From an uncultured Rikenellaceae bacterium (GTDB lineage: Bacteria > Bacteroidota > Bacteroidia > Bacteroidales > VadinHA17), in contig CAYZVJ010000004.1 of the NCBI GenBank assembly GCA_964481765.1, positions 1 to 52,432 of the forward strand: 52,432 nucleotides of DNA. The letters run 5' to 3'. A model generated the notes under the pieces. The model was not told where the DNA came from. It saw nothing but the letters and a program-made list of their open reading frames with translations, and made no database searches. This document shows positions 35,551-43,810 of the stretch, piece after piece (positions within the stretch are counted from its first letter, which is position 1; each line of letters opens with the position of its first letter). Position numbers and translations under genes: made by a program.

Positions 35551-38370
35551 TTAATACCTGATCAGTACAGGATCACCATATCCAATCTCTTTCAGCGGTT
35601 CCATTTGTGTTGCCGCATCTCCAACAACCAGGTAAAACATCTTATCGGGATTGATGTATTTCTGTGCCAGTGCTTTGTGTTCCTCCAGTGTCATGTTTCG
35701 GATAATCTCTTCTTCCTGCTTGATATAATCAGCAGGCAGATCATAGGTACTCATGGTGTTCAGCATATTCAATAAGGAGCCGATGGTTTCAAAATCCAGG
35801 GCATAGGATTTGACCAGGGCATTTTTAGTAAATTCAAGGTCTTCCTCAGGAACACCCTGGCGGTATTCTTCCATAGCCTCTTTGAAGATCTGGACGGATT
35901 CGAGCGTTGCACTCGACCGTACACTGGATGATGCGGTGAATGGTCCAGGGATAGTACTACCGTTAAAGGAAGTTCTGGCTCCATAGGTGTACCCTTTCTC
36001 TTCACGCAGGATCATATTCACCACGCCGTTAAAGGAACCTCCCAGTTTGTAGTTCATAACGGTGGCAGGGAAAAAGTCATCATCTGTCCGAGCCATTGCA
36101 AGGTATCCGATGCGGATCACGGACTGCTTGGCGCCAGGAACATCGACGAAATAAACGGTTGATTCCTCAAGCGGCTCCGGCAAAGCATACTCGGGAAAGG
36201 TCACCTCTTTGGCAAGCCATTTCTCGTTCAGGTTTTTTAACGATTTCATTACCTTTTCCGGTTCTATATTTCCAACGATGTTGAATACTGCTGTGGAGGG
36301 TGAGAAGAATTGGTTGTAGTAATTTTTCAAATCGTCAATCGTAATGGTTCCAACCGATTCTTCCGTACCCACGGTGTTGATTGAAAAAATGTGTTCATCC
36401 CCGTAGAGGAGTTTATTGTATACCTCTCCAGAAATGTAGTTGGGATCTGCTTTCCGCTGCTTCAGGTTATTGATGGTTCGCATTTTAGCAAGACCAAATT
36501 CCTCCTCATCCCATCGGGGCTCAAGCAGGATCTCCTCAACAAGGGCGAGTACTTTGTCATAATTCCGGGCAAGGGTATTCACCGAAATAGTAATGGATTC
36601 TCTTCCGGTATACATATTGATACGGGCGCCGAGCAGGTCGATTGCCTCTTCCAGTTCTTCCGGTGTTTTGCTGGCAGTTCCTTCCATCATGAGGTCGGTG
36701 ACCAGGTTTGCCACTCCAACCTTACCAATATCATCGACATACTGTCCACACCGGATATTGATATTGAATTGAACAAGCGGCAATTCGGAGTAGACAATTC
36801 CATGCACTTTTATTCCATTCTCCAGGTTATCCTGCCAGATTTCAGGAAGGGTAAGTTCCGGGGTTGGTCCCAGTGGTGGTTCGACGGAACGATCGAAAGC
36901 TGAAGGTGTTTTAACAATCTCCTCTTCCTCTGTCTCTCCCAGAACAACTTCTGTTGCTTCGGTGATCTTTTCCTCCACTACCTGTGCTTTAACGGATCCT
37001 TCAGCCACCATATCCAGCTGACCTTTCGGGACAAAACTGGTAGCGATATAGGGTTTTCCCTTAATATAGGTTTCATAGACTCTCATGATATCATCGATAG
37101 TAACAGCTTTGATATTTTCAATATCCTCTTCAATAAAGGACGGGTCCCCGGCAAATTCATTATACATCGCAAGTTGAAATGATTTTCCGAGAACACTGCT
37201 GATCCCATTGTAGAAATTTGTTTCAAGACCGGCCTTGATTCTGTCCAGGTCGGTTTCGGTGATCCCTTCCTGTTCAAATCGTTCGAATGACTCGAAAATT
37301 GCATCTTCGATCTCGGCAAGGTTTTTACCGCTGTTAGCCGTAATGTTGATATAGAACTTTCCAGCCAGTTCCTGCGAACTGTTATAAGCAGATGTTCTGG
37401 ATGTCAGTTCTTTCTCTTTGATCAGCACCTTGTACATGGGAGCCTTTTTCCCCGAAGAGAGAAGTTCTCCCAGGAAATCCAGGGCATAGGCATCTTTGTG
37501 GTATTGTTCAACGGTTGGCCATACCATCCTGAATTGGGCTGCACGGGCAAAATTATCCTCGTGGTACAGTTTCTTCGTTTCAGAAAGGGTTACCGGCATC
37601 GGATCCATATCCTCCACCTTGTTCCCAGCCGGGATCTCTCCGAAATATTTCTCAATCAGCTGCTTTGCCTCGTCTGTTTTAAAATCACCGGCAAGCACCA
37701 GTGTGGCGTTATTCGGCAGGTAAAATTTCGAGTGAAACTCTTTCACATCCTCTATGGTTGCATTAAACACATCCTTCATCTCTCCGATGACCTGCCAGCT
37801 ATAGGGATGACCCTCAGGATAGAGGTTCTTATCAATTACATAACTGGTATGGCCGTAAGGACGGTTATCCACCATTTGGCGTTTCTCATTCTGTACCACA
37901 TTTTGCTGGTTCGCAAAGGAGGATTCTGTCACCGTATTGATCATATATCCCATCCGGTCTGATTCAAGCCAGAGAATCATTTCCAGTGCATTCTTCGGGA
38001 CGACCTCAAAATAAACGGTTTGATCATTGGATGTACCACCGTTAAGCATTCCCCCGGCACTCTGAATCTTTTTAAAAAACTGGTCCTGACCGACATTTTC
38101 CGATGCCTGAAACATCATGTGCTCAAAAAGATGTGCAAAGCCGGTTCTTCCAAGTACCTCCCGATTAGATCCCACGTGATACAGAATGGCAAGAGATACA
38201 ATTGGATCCGACTGGTCAACATGTAAAACAACATCCAGTCCATTATCCAACTGGTATTTTTCAAAATCAATCGTTAGCTCATCACTGCCAGATGTTTTTT
38301 CCCGCTGGCATGAGAGAAGAATCAGCGCAAGTAGAATAAAGAAACCTGCGGTAAAGGATTTCCTGATCAT
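35551..38370 (-). CDS. M16 family (insulinase/pitrilysin-like) zinc peptidase, two-unit form
   Basis: 939 aa. Lipoprotein-like leader (LILLSC). Inverted zinc motif HLFEHMMF (HxxEH). Duplicated M16 / M16_C architecture. Confidence 0.9.
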   Translation of the reverse strand: MIRKSFTAGFFILLALILLSCQREKTSGSDELTIDFEKYQLDNGLDVVLHVDQSDPIVSLAILYHVGSNREVLGRTGFAHLFEHMMFQASENVGQDQFFKKIQSAGGMLNGGTSNDQTVYFEVVPKNALEMILWLESDRMGYMINTVTESSFANQQNVVQNEKRQMVDNRPYGHTSYVIDKNLYPEGHPYSWQVIGEMKDVFNATIEDVKEFHSKFYLPNNATLVLAGDFKTDEAKQLIEKYFGEIPAGNKVEDMDPMPVTLSETKKLYHEDNFARAAQFRMVWPTVEQYHKDAYALDFLGELLSSGKKAPMYKVLIKEKELTSRTSAYNSSQELAGKFYINITANSGKNLAEIEDAIFESFERFEQEGITETDLDRIKAGLETNFYNGISSVLGKSFQLAMYNEFAGDPSFIEEDIENIKAVTIDDIMRVYETYIKGKPYIATSFVPKGQLDMVAEGSVKAQVVEEKITEATEVVLGETEEEEIVKTPSAFDRSVEPPLGPTPELTLPEIWQDNLENGIKVHGIVYSELPLVQFNINIRCGQYVDDIGKVGVANLVTDLMMEGTASKTPEELEEAIDLLGARINMYTGRESITISVNTLARNYDKVLALVEEILLEPRWDEEEFGLAKMRTINNLKQRKADPNYISGEVYNKLLYGDEHIFSINTVGTEESVGTITIDDLKNYYNQFFSPSTAVFNIVGNIEPEKVMKSLKNLNEKWLAKEVTFPEYALPEPLEESTVYFVDVPGAKQSVIRIGYLAMARTDDDFFPATVMNYKLGGSFNGVVNMILREEKGYTYGARTSFNGSTIPGPFTASSSVRSSATLESVQIFKEAMEEYRQGVPEEDLEFTKNALVKSYALDFETIGSLLNMLNTMSTYDLPADYIKQEEEIIRNMTLEEHKALAQKYINPDKMFYLVVGDAATQMEPLKEIGYGDPVLIRY

Positions 38371-38466
38371 GGTAAATTGTTTTTGGTTATTGATTATCTA
38401 TTGATTGTTTCTATTGAGGAAATAAAGGTAGTCAAAAAAAAGATTGAACCGACCCCATTACGGCAA

Positions 38467-38838
38467 TTATCGTAACGTCTCAAACCCAAAAGAATCATCC
38501 TCAAAAACCAGCCTGAAGTATTCATCTTCAAGATCAACATACCCCTGGTCAAAACAGAAGCAGTAGGTTTTCCCCTTTTTTGTTGTGTAGGAGTGTGTGT
38601 GAAAGGTAAAAATAAAGCCCCTGGCAATCAGTTCATCCCTGTGGACTTTTTCCGCCCCTTCCATATTCAATTCACTCAGGATACGCCTGTTTCTTCGTAA
38701 AACATTCTGAACATTCCGTACGAACTTTTCATTACCCCGGTTCATCCGGTTGTGGTAATTGTTCCTGCAGAGATCAGAACAGAACTTTTTGTCAGACCTC
38801 CCTTTTATCGGTTTACCACAGTCAAGACAGGTATTCAT
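38467..38838 (-). CDS. Zn-ribbon (DUF2116-like) small protein
   Basis: 123 aa. CLDCGKPIKGRSDKKFCSDLCRNNYHN zinc-ribbon at the N-terminus, a basic helix, then a small beta-rich C-terminal domain. Confidence 0.65.
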   Translation of the reverse strand: MNTCLDCGKPIKGRSDKKFCSDLCRNNYHNRMNRGNEKFVRNVQNVLRRNRRILSELNMEGAEKVHRDELIARGFIFTFHTHSYTTKKGKTYCFCFDQGYVDLEDEYFRLVFEDDSFGFETLR

Positions 38839-38870
38839 CCGGTATGATTGTTTCCTTAAATATACAAATA

Positions 38871-38930
38871 ATCGTTTATAAACGTTTACAAACGTTTACA
38901 AACGTATATAAACGACTACAAACGTTTAAT
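38871..38930. repeat. Six tandem, helically phased 10-bp repeats (consensus AACGTTTACA)
   Basis: Read directly: ATCGTTTATA AACGTTTACA AACGTTTACA AACGTATATA AACGACTACA AACGTTTAAT. Located in the divergent intergenic region between the Zn-ribbon gene (start 38838) and ssb (start 39037). Confidence 0.85.
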
Positions 38931-39036
38931 CACCGACTAATTGCATATTGGTGTTGTTACTTTGATGATGATATGAAGAATATCCGTGTCGGACGGACGC
39001 TATTCTTCACAAGTATTAATCAAAAAACTTAACATC

Positions 39037-39402
39037 ATGAACAATTTAAGAAACAGGGTAAACCTGATCGGCAACCTCGGGACAGATCCGGAGGTAAAAA
39101 AACTGGAAAGTGGAAGAATGCTGGCGAAGTTTCCACTGGCAACGTCAGAAAATTACAAGAATGCGGAAGGGCAAAAAATCTCAGAAACCCAGTGGCACAA
39201 TCTTGTTGCCTGGGGTACTACTGCTACATTTGTGGAAAAATACCTGAAAAAAGGCAATGAAATTGCTGTGGAAGGGAAACTTTCACACCGATCCTATGAG
39301 GACAAAGATGGAATCCGGAAGTACTTTACAGAGATCATTGTCAATGAAGTGTTGATCCTGAGGACCGACAACAAGACTGATCAGGATACAGTGGAATCGT
39401 GA
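39037..39402 (+). CDS. ssb: Single-stranded DNA-binding protein, short form without the canonical acidic C-terminal tip
   Basis: The internal start MNNLRNRVNLIGNLGTDPEVK is the typical SSB N-terminus. OB-fold motifs (ETQWHNLVAWG, VEGKLSHRSYEDKDG..RKYFTEIIVNE). Ends ...TDQDTVES rather than a D-D-[IL]-P-F tail. Confidence 0.9.
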   Translation: MNNLRNRVNLIGNLGTDPEVKKLESGRMLAKFPLATSENYKNAEGQKISETQWHNLVAWGTTATFVEKYLKKGNEIAVEGKLSHRSYEDKDGIRKYFTEIIVNEVLILRTDNKTDQDTVES

Positions 39403-39430
39403 TTGTATGGTTTTTTTCTCTCATGCAGGA

Positions 39431-39460
39431 GGGGCCGGTTCAGATCTTCGAACCGGCCCC
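39431..39460. terminator. Strong stem-loop between the convergent ssb and ATPase genes
   Basis: GGGGCCGGTTC (39431-39441) pairs with GAACCGGCCCC (39450-39460), an 11-bp GC-rich stem with an 8-nt loop. A T-rich stretch (TTCTGCTT) follows on the plus strand. Confidence 0.7.
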
Positions 39461-39483
39461 TTCTGCTTAAGTTTATGGTATCA

Positions 39484-41814
39484 TTATTCTTTCAATCGTT
39501 TTTCAATCTCCTTCATCAGGTGGTTAAAATTATCCCGTGTCTCCTCGTCAAAGTCTTTAAATGTAAGTTTTTCATCCTGTATCGTTTGTACAAAATTTGC
39601 AGCGAGAATGGAGCGTGACAGGTTATTCGTTTTGATGAAGTCAGCATTGGATTCGGGAATACCAATTCTCTGGTGCAGGATATATTTCTTAAAATCAATG
39701 GTGGAAAACAGGTCTTCAATGCACTGTTCTTTCCCGATGGAAATGAGCTTTCGATCTGCTTTCTTATCGTCGTTTCCGAAGAGGTTAAGTTTCAGTTCAC
39801 CAAACAGTTCATGTCCCTCCGGATCGCCCTCGGTCACCACGATAAAATCAAGTCCCCACCCCAATAACAGGTTTACCAGGTTTCCAACATTGGAAACATC
39901 AGTAGCCGGAAGAAGGTATACTTTTTTTGAAGGTTTTCTGAGTTTCATGAAAGCGGAAAGGTAATAGTAGGCAGTAATGTCTTCAAGGATAACATTATTC
40001 TTCTGCTGGATAAACTGTTGTTCCGATAGCCTCGATCCCATCATTGTATAGATCGGTGAAAGTGTATCGGTTGATGCCGATGTAAGGGATTTTGCGTCGA
40101 ACACCGTGGTTTCGCTTCGCTCATAATCTTCCACAGCGCGTTGAACGGCCAGCAGCCGGTATAACTTATTCAGGTCGATCAGGTGGGGTGAATGGGTAGT
40201 GTAGATGATCTGTATCTTACTTTTAATATCTTCAAAGACTTTAAGGACATCTTCCTGTGCTCTTGCATGGAGGCTGAGTCCCGGCTCATCGATCAGAAGC
40301 AATTTGCCTGTACTTTCTTTTTCCATTGCCGCTGCTTTCAGCTCAAGATAAAAGGAGAGGAACCATCGTACACCGCGGCTTCTCTGCTTGGGATATAACC
40401 GTTCCTGTTGATCCCTGATCCAGAACTCAATGAATGGGTGGCCACTCTTCTCAGGGTGGGAATGATCGTAATGCTCCAATTCAAAATTGATCCTGATCTT
40501 GTTATGCTGACCAATTTTTTGTCTCCAGTAGTCTTGAAAATTGATGGTTATTTCGGTATTCAGCTTTTCAATCTTCTGTTTCAGTATCCGGTGGCTAACC
40601 TGTTTGAAAAAATCGGAATCAAGGCCGGAAATTTTAAGAAAATTATTAGCAGCCTTGTACCCTTCCACTTTTCTATTTTGTGTAAGGATATCATCCAGGT
40701 CAATGCGGTTTGGCAAAAGGCTGCTAAAATCTTCAAACAGTACAAATTCAGGAATGTATTTGATCAATTCATTCCCAGCCTCAACCCGGGTGTAATAGGG
40801 ATTGATGTGGGGCTTTTCCTGTTTGATTTCTCTTTCTGCCATTGACAGATCCTTCCCCTGCAGGATTTTCAGTGCCAGGTATCTCCGGGTGATTGCCTCT
40901 TCACGGCACCGTTCATATTCCCGGACAACCTTTACATGTTGTTCATTTGTAAGATCGAGTTGAAGCCTGCCTGCCCTCTTCTCTTTATCACTCATTGCAA
41001 ATTCAAAGATCCTTTGATTTTCAGCCAATTCTTGAAATGAACGGTTCAGATCTTCTGTTGCTTTCCTGTAGTTCTCCTGTGCCTCATTGCTTGCCTGTGC
41101 ATATTTTGCCTGTTCTTCGAGTTCCCGGACTTTCTGATGCTGTTCATCTGCTGCTTTCTTCTTGTCCTGTAACCTGGTTCTCAGCTTTTCGAGGGCATGT
41201 TGTTCAAGGTCAATGTTTTTCTGAATTTTCGGACGGGAATGTTCCGGCGAATTCTTCAGCATTTTCTGAAGATCACTGATCTTCGCTCTGCTATCCTCCA
41301 CCGCTTCACTGACCTCATCCTTTTCCCGGTTAGCGGTTTTCAGACCAGTAAGGGCCTTCTCTTTCTGTTCCAGTATTCTGTCAATTTTAGCCTGGATCTT
41401 TTCATCTTTCTCATGAAACTTCTGATTGTGTAGTTCATACAGTTCTATAATTTCCTTACCACCCAGTTCAATACGACTCGAGAAATCTTCATTCCATAAC
41501 CTTCCCAGGGTAATGGTATTCTGATCCTTAACGCATTTTGACACACCAGAGGGTAACTCTTTCTCGTTAAGAACTTTGTTAAATTCCCTATCGGTAATGT
41601 CGAATTTGCAGGAAACGACAGGCATGCTCAGGTCACTTCTTAAAATGTCTTCTGATATGCTGCCTTCGTAGAAACTATTCAGTGCTTCCAGGATGGATGT
41701 CTTACCAGATTCGTTCTGACCGATAAGTCCGGTGATGTTATCCGGGGAGAGCTGTGACCAACCCGTATCGACGATTGACCGGAAATTTTGAATTCGAAAC
41801 GCGAGTAATTTCAT
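39484..41814 (-). CDS. ABC/SMC-type ATPase with a long coiled-coil insertion and a C-terminal Toprim/DUF4435-like domain (OLD-family or fused PARIS-like candidate defence protein)
   Basis: 776 aa. Walker A GQNESGKTS. About 200 aa of heptad-rich K/E/Q sequence. Signature-like RSRGVRWFLSFYLEL. Walker B/D-loop LLLIDEPGLSLH. H-loop IIYTTHSP. C-terminal pattern NVILEDITAYYYL ... YLLPATDVSNVGNLV ... DFIVVTEGDPEG resembles Toprim. Confidence 0.75.
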   Translation of the reverse strand: MKLLAFRIQNFRSIVDTGWSQLSPDNITGLIGQNESGKTSILEALNSFYEGSISEDILRSDLSMPVVSCKFDITDREFNKVLNEKELPSGVSKCVKDQNTITLGRLWNEDFSSRIELGGKEIIELYELHNQKFHEKDEKIQAKIDRILEQKEKALTGLKTANREKDEVSEAVEDSRAKISDLQKMLKNSPEHSRPKIQKNIDLEQHALEKLRTRLQDKKKAADEQHQKVRELEEQAKYAQASNEAQENYRKATEDLNRSFQELAENQRIFEFAMSDKEKRAGRLQLDLTNEQHVKVVREYERCREEAITRRYLALKILQGKDLSMAEREIKQEKPHINPYYTRVEAGNELIKYIPEFVLFEDFSSLLPNRIDLDDILTQNRKVEGYKAANNFLKISGLDSDFFKQVSHRILKQKIEKLNTEITINFQDYWRQKIGQHNKIRINFELEHYDHSHPEKSGHPFIEFWIRDQQERLYPKQRSRGVRWFLSFYLELKAAAMEKESTGKLLLIDEPGLSLHARAQEDVLKVFEDIKSKIQIIYTTHSPHLIDLNKLYRLLAVQRAVEDYERSETTVFDAKSLTSASTDTLSPIYTMMGSRLSEQQFIQQKNNVILEDITAYYYLSAFMKLRKPSKKVYLLPATDVSNVGNLVNLLLGWGLDFIVVTEGDPEGHELFGELKLNLFGNDDKKADRKLISIGKEQCIEDLFSTIDFKKYILHQRIGIPESNADFIKTNNLSRSILAANFVQTIQDEKLTFKDFDEETRDNFNHLMKEIEKRLKE

Positions 41815-41873
41815 GCCGGATGGTTATAACTGTTGATCGAATACACGAAAGTACAAAAATTGATAATACCGGA

Positions 41874-42692
41874 TTAAAATCGTACACCCATAATTAAAAT
41901 GTCATCCACCTGCTCCAGGTCCCCTTTCCACTCTTCCAGTGCAGAAACAAGTATCTCTCTCTGATCCGGTAAAGGCTTGTGGTGAATCTCCAGCAACAAC
42001 TCCTTGAATTGTTTGTATTTGAATTTCTTTCCCCAGACCCCTCCAAACTGATCGGCAAATCCATCTGAGAAAAGGTATACAATATCACCCGGAAGAATTT
42101 TCAGCATTTGATTGGAGAAGGATAATTCTTCCGTACCGCTGATACCGATGGGCATTTTATCGGGTCTGATCTCTTCCATGTCATTTTTACGAATCAGGTA
42201 AAGGGGGTTATTTGCACCGGAATATTGTAATTCTCCTGAATCGGGTGTATAGATGCATAGTGCGATATCCATTCCATCTTTCGATTTCGCTACCTCCCCG
42301 GTCTGGTGTAATGCTTTCATGATCTTCTCGCGCAATTGATTCAACATGCGGTTGGCTTTGAGGGCACATTTTTCCTGCAGTATCTCATTCAGAAAGGATA
42401 TTCCAAGAATGCTCATCAGCGCACCGGGAACTCCATGACCGGTACAATCCGCAGCAGCGAATATAACCTTGTTGTTCTTTTCAGCCAGCCAGTAAAAATC
42501 ACCTGAAATGATATCTTTGGGCAGGTAAAGAATGAAATTATCGGGCAAATAACGGTTCAGTACACTTTCCGTAGGGAGAAGTGCCGACTGGATAAGGCTG
42601 GCATACTGAAGGCTGTAAATAATCTCCTTCTTCTGACGGGCAATTTCATCCCGCTGCCGCTCAAGCTCTATTAGGAGATTATCATCCGGCAT
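41874..42692 (-). CDS. PP2C/SpoIIE-family protein serine/threonine phosphatase
   Basis: 272 aa. Short N-terminal coiled coil, then ISGDFYW, AADCTGHGVPGALMS, DGMDIALC, LFSDGFADQFG and DDILIMGVRF motifs of the SpoIIE/RsbU-type PP2C fold. Confidence 0.85.
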   Translation of the reverse strand: MPDDNLLIELERQRDEIARQKKEIIYSLQYASLIQSALLPTESVLNRYLPDNFILYLPKDIISGDFYWLAEKNNKVIFAAADCTGHGVPGALMSILGISFLNEILQEKCALKANRMLNQLREKIMKALHQTGEVAKSKDGMDIALCIYTPDSGELQYSGANNPLYLIRKNDMEEIRPDKMPIGISGTEELSFSNQMLKILPGDIVYLFSDGFADQFGGVWGKKFKYKQFKELLLEIHHKPLPDQREILVSALEEWKGDLEQVDDILIMGVRF

Positions 42693-42781
42693 AACTTCAT
42701 TGACTTGTTTCGGGTTTTACCCAAAGATATAAAATTCAAAAGAAAACAGGTAACTTATCTGATCTTCCAGTGTGTGGTTTA

Positions 42782-43759
42782 TCAGAATTTTTGCAGTAAA
42801 AAATAGACCAGCGGAAGGGTAAACAGACTCAATATGGTGGAAAGAAGAACATTCTCCGTGGCCTGTTTTTCATCCGCTCCGAATTGCTTTGCCATCACCA
42901 CGATAATTGCCATACATGGCATGGCTACCTGCAACACAACGACAGAGACGACTGTTTCATCCAGGGAAAAACCGATCACTGTTTCGGCTCCCTTCAGGAT
43001 CAGGATCAACAAAAAGGGAGTGATAATCAACTTGTTAAGGCTGGTTACAATGACATACCCTTTGCGCAATATACCCCTGAAGTTTGTCTGTGCAAGAATG
43101 GCACCGATATAGATCATGGAGAGATAAAGTGTTGTGTTACCCAGTCCCCCCAATGGTTTGAGCAGGATCGCCGGAAAACGGATTGAAAACCCCATCATGA
43201 TCAACCCCAATACCAGTGCAATGGTATTGGGATTCAGAAGGTGTTTCAAATGAGCGGACCAATTCACTTTCTCTTTGCGCACCAACAGGTAAATCCCCAG
43301 CGTCCACTGGAGGGAATTGGATGAGAGATGGAACAGTGTGGCATACAATAATCCCTCACCTCCGGGGAAAAGGGTGTTAATTAAAGGATATCCGAGAAAA
43401 ACAATGTTTCCAAACATCGAATGCAAGAGGTATATGGTCCGCTTCGAAGGATCTAACCGCTGTATCCGTGATGAAATGATGCCCACTGCCAACATGAGGC
43501 AAAGTCCTGCATAAGAAAAGAGGATAACCAGTCCACTGTTTCTGATGATCTCCGGTGTGAGATCCAGTTCCGAGAGATTGGTCAGGATCAGTAATGGCAG
43601 GGTGATGTTGAAAACCAGCCGGGCAATCCCATCTTTGAGATCCCCGGAAATTAATCCCCACTTAATTGCCGCTATTCCGATAACAACAAGAATAGCCAGA
43701 ATTAAAACCTGGTTGATGATGATTTCAGTATACATAAAGAGCAAAAATATACTTTTCAT
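42782..43759 (-). CDS. AEC (auxin efflux carrier) family transporter
   Basis: 325 aa (or from the internal M at 43735). 10 TM helices in a 5+5 arrangement with a central loop; sequence typical of Mem_trans. Confidence 0.85.
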   Translation of the reverse strand: MKSIFLLFMYTEIIINQVLILAILVVIGIAAIKWGLISGDLKDGIARLVFNITLPLLILTNLSELDLTPEIIRNSGLVILFSYAGLCLMLAVGIISSRIQRLDPSKRTIYLLHSMFGNIVFLGYPLINTLFPGGEGLLYATLFHLSSNSLQWTLGIYLLVRKEKVNWSAHLKHLLNPNTIALVLGLIMMGFSIRFPAILLKPLGGLGNTTLYLSMIYIGAILAQTNFRGILRKGYVIVTSLNKLIITPFLLILILKGAETVIGFSLDETVVSVVVLQVAMPCMAIIVVMAKQFGADEKQATENVLLSTILSLFTLPLVYFLLQKF

Positions 43760-43810
43760 TTAAATGAACCTTTTGTTCCGGACGAAGATTTGTTATAATT
43801 TCGCATCCTG

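Noticed and set aside
38844-39032. 62-aa plus-strand ORF (..VYKRLQTFTNVYKRLQTF..) as a repeat-containing peptide gene.
   Set aside because: Its repeated peptide is simply the translation of the 10-bp DNA repeat array. It also overlaps the ssb leader. I treat the DNA repeat, not the ORF, as the feature.
39407-39964. 185-aa plus-strand ORF downstream of ssb.
   Set aside because: It overlaps the 3' part of the 776-aa minus-strand ATPase gene and runs through the strong terminator hairpin at 39431-39460. Ser/Phe-rich nonsense-like sequence.
38394-41870. Calling the Zn-ribbon / repeat array / ssb / ATPase patch a mobile genetic element.
   Set aside because: I can see no integrase, transposase, relaxase, tRNA attachment site or flanking direct or inverted repeats. 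Only the accessory-like gene content and apparent A+T-richness are suggestive, so I report them as findings rather than annotate a mobile_element.
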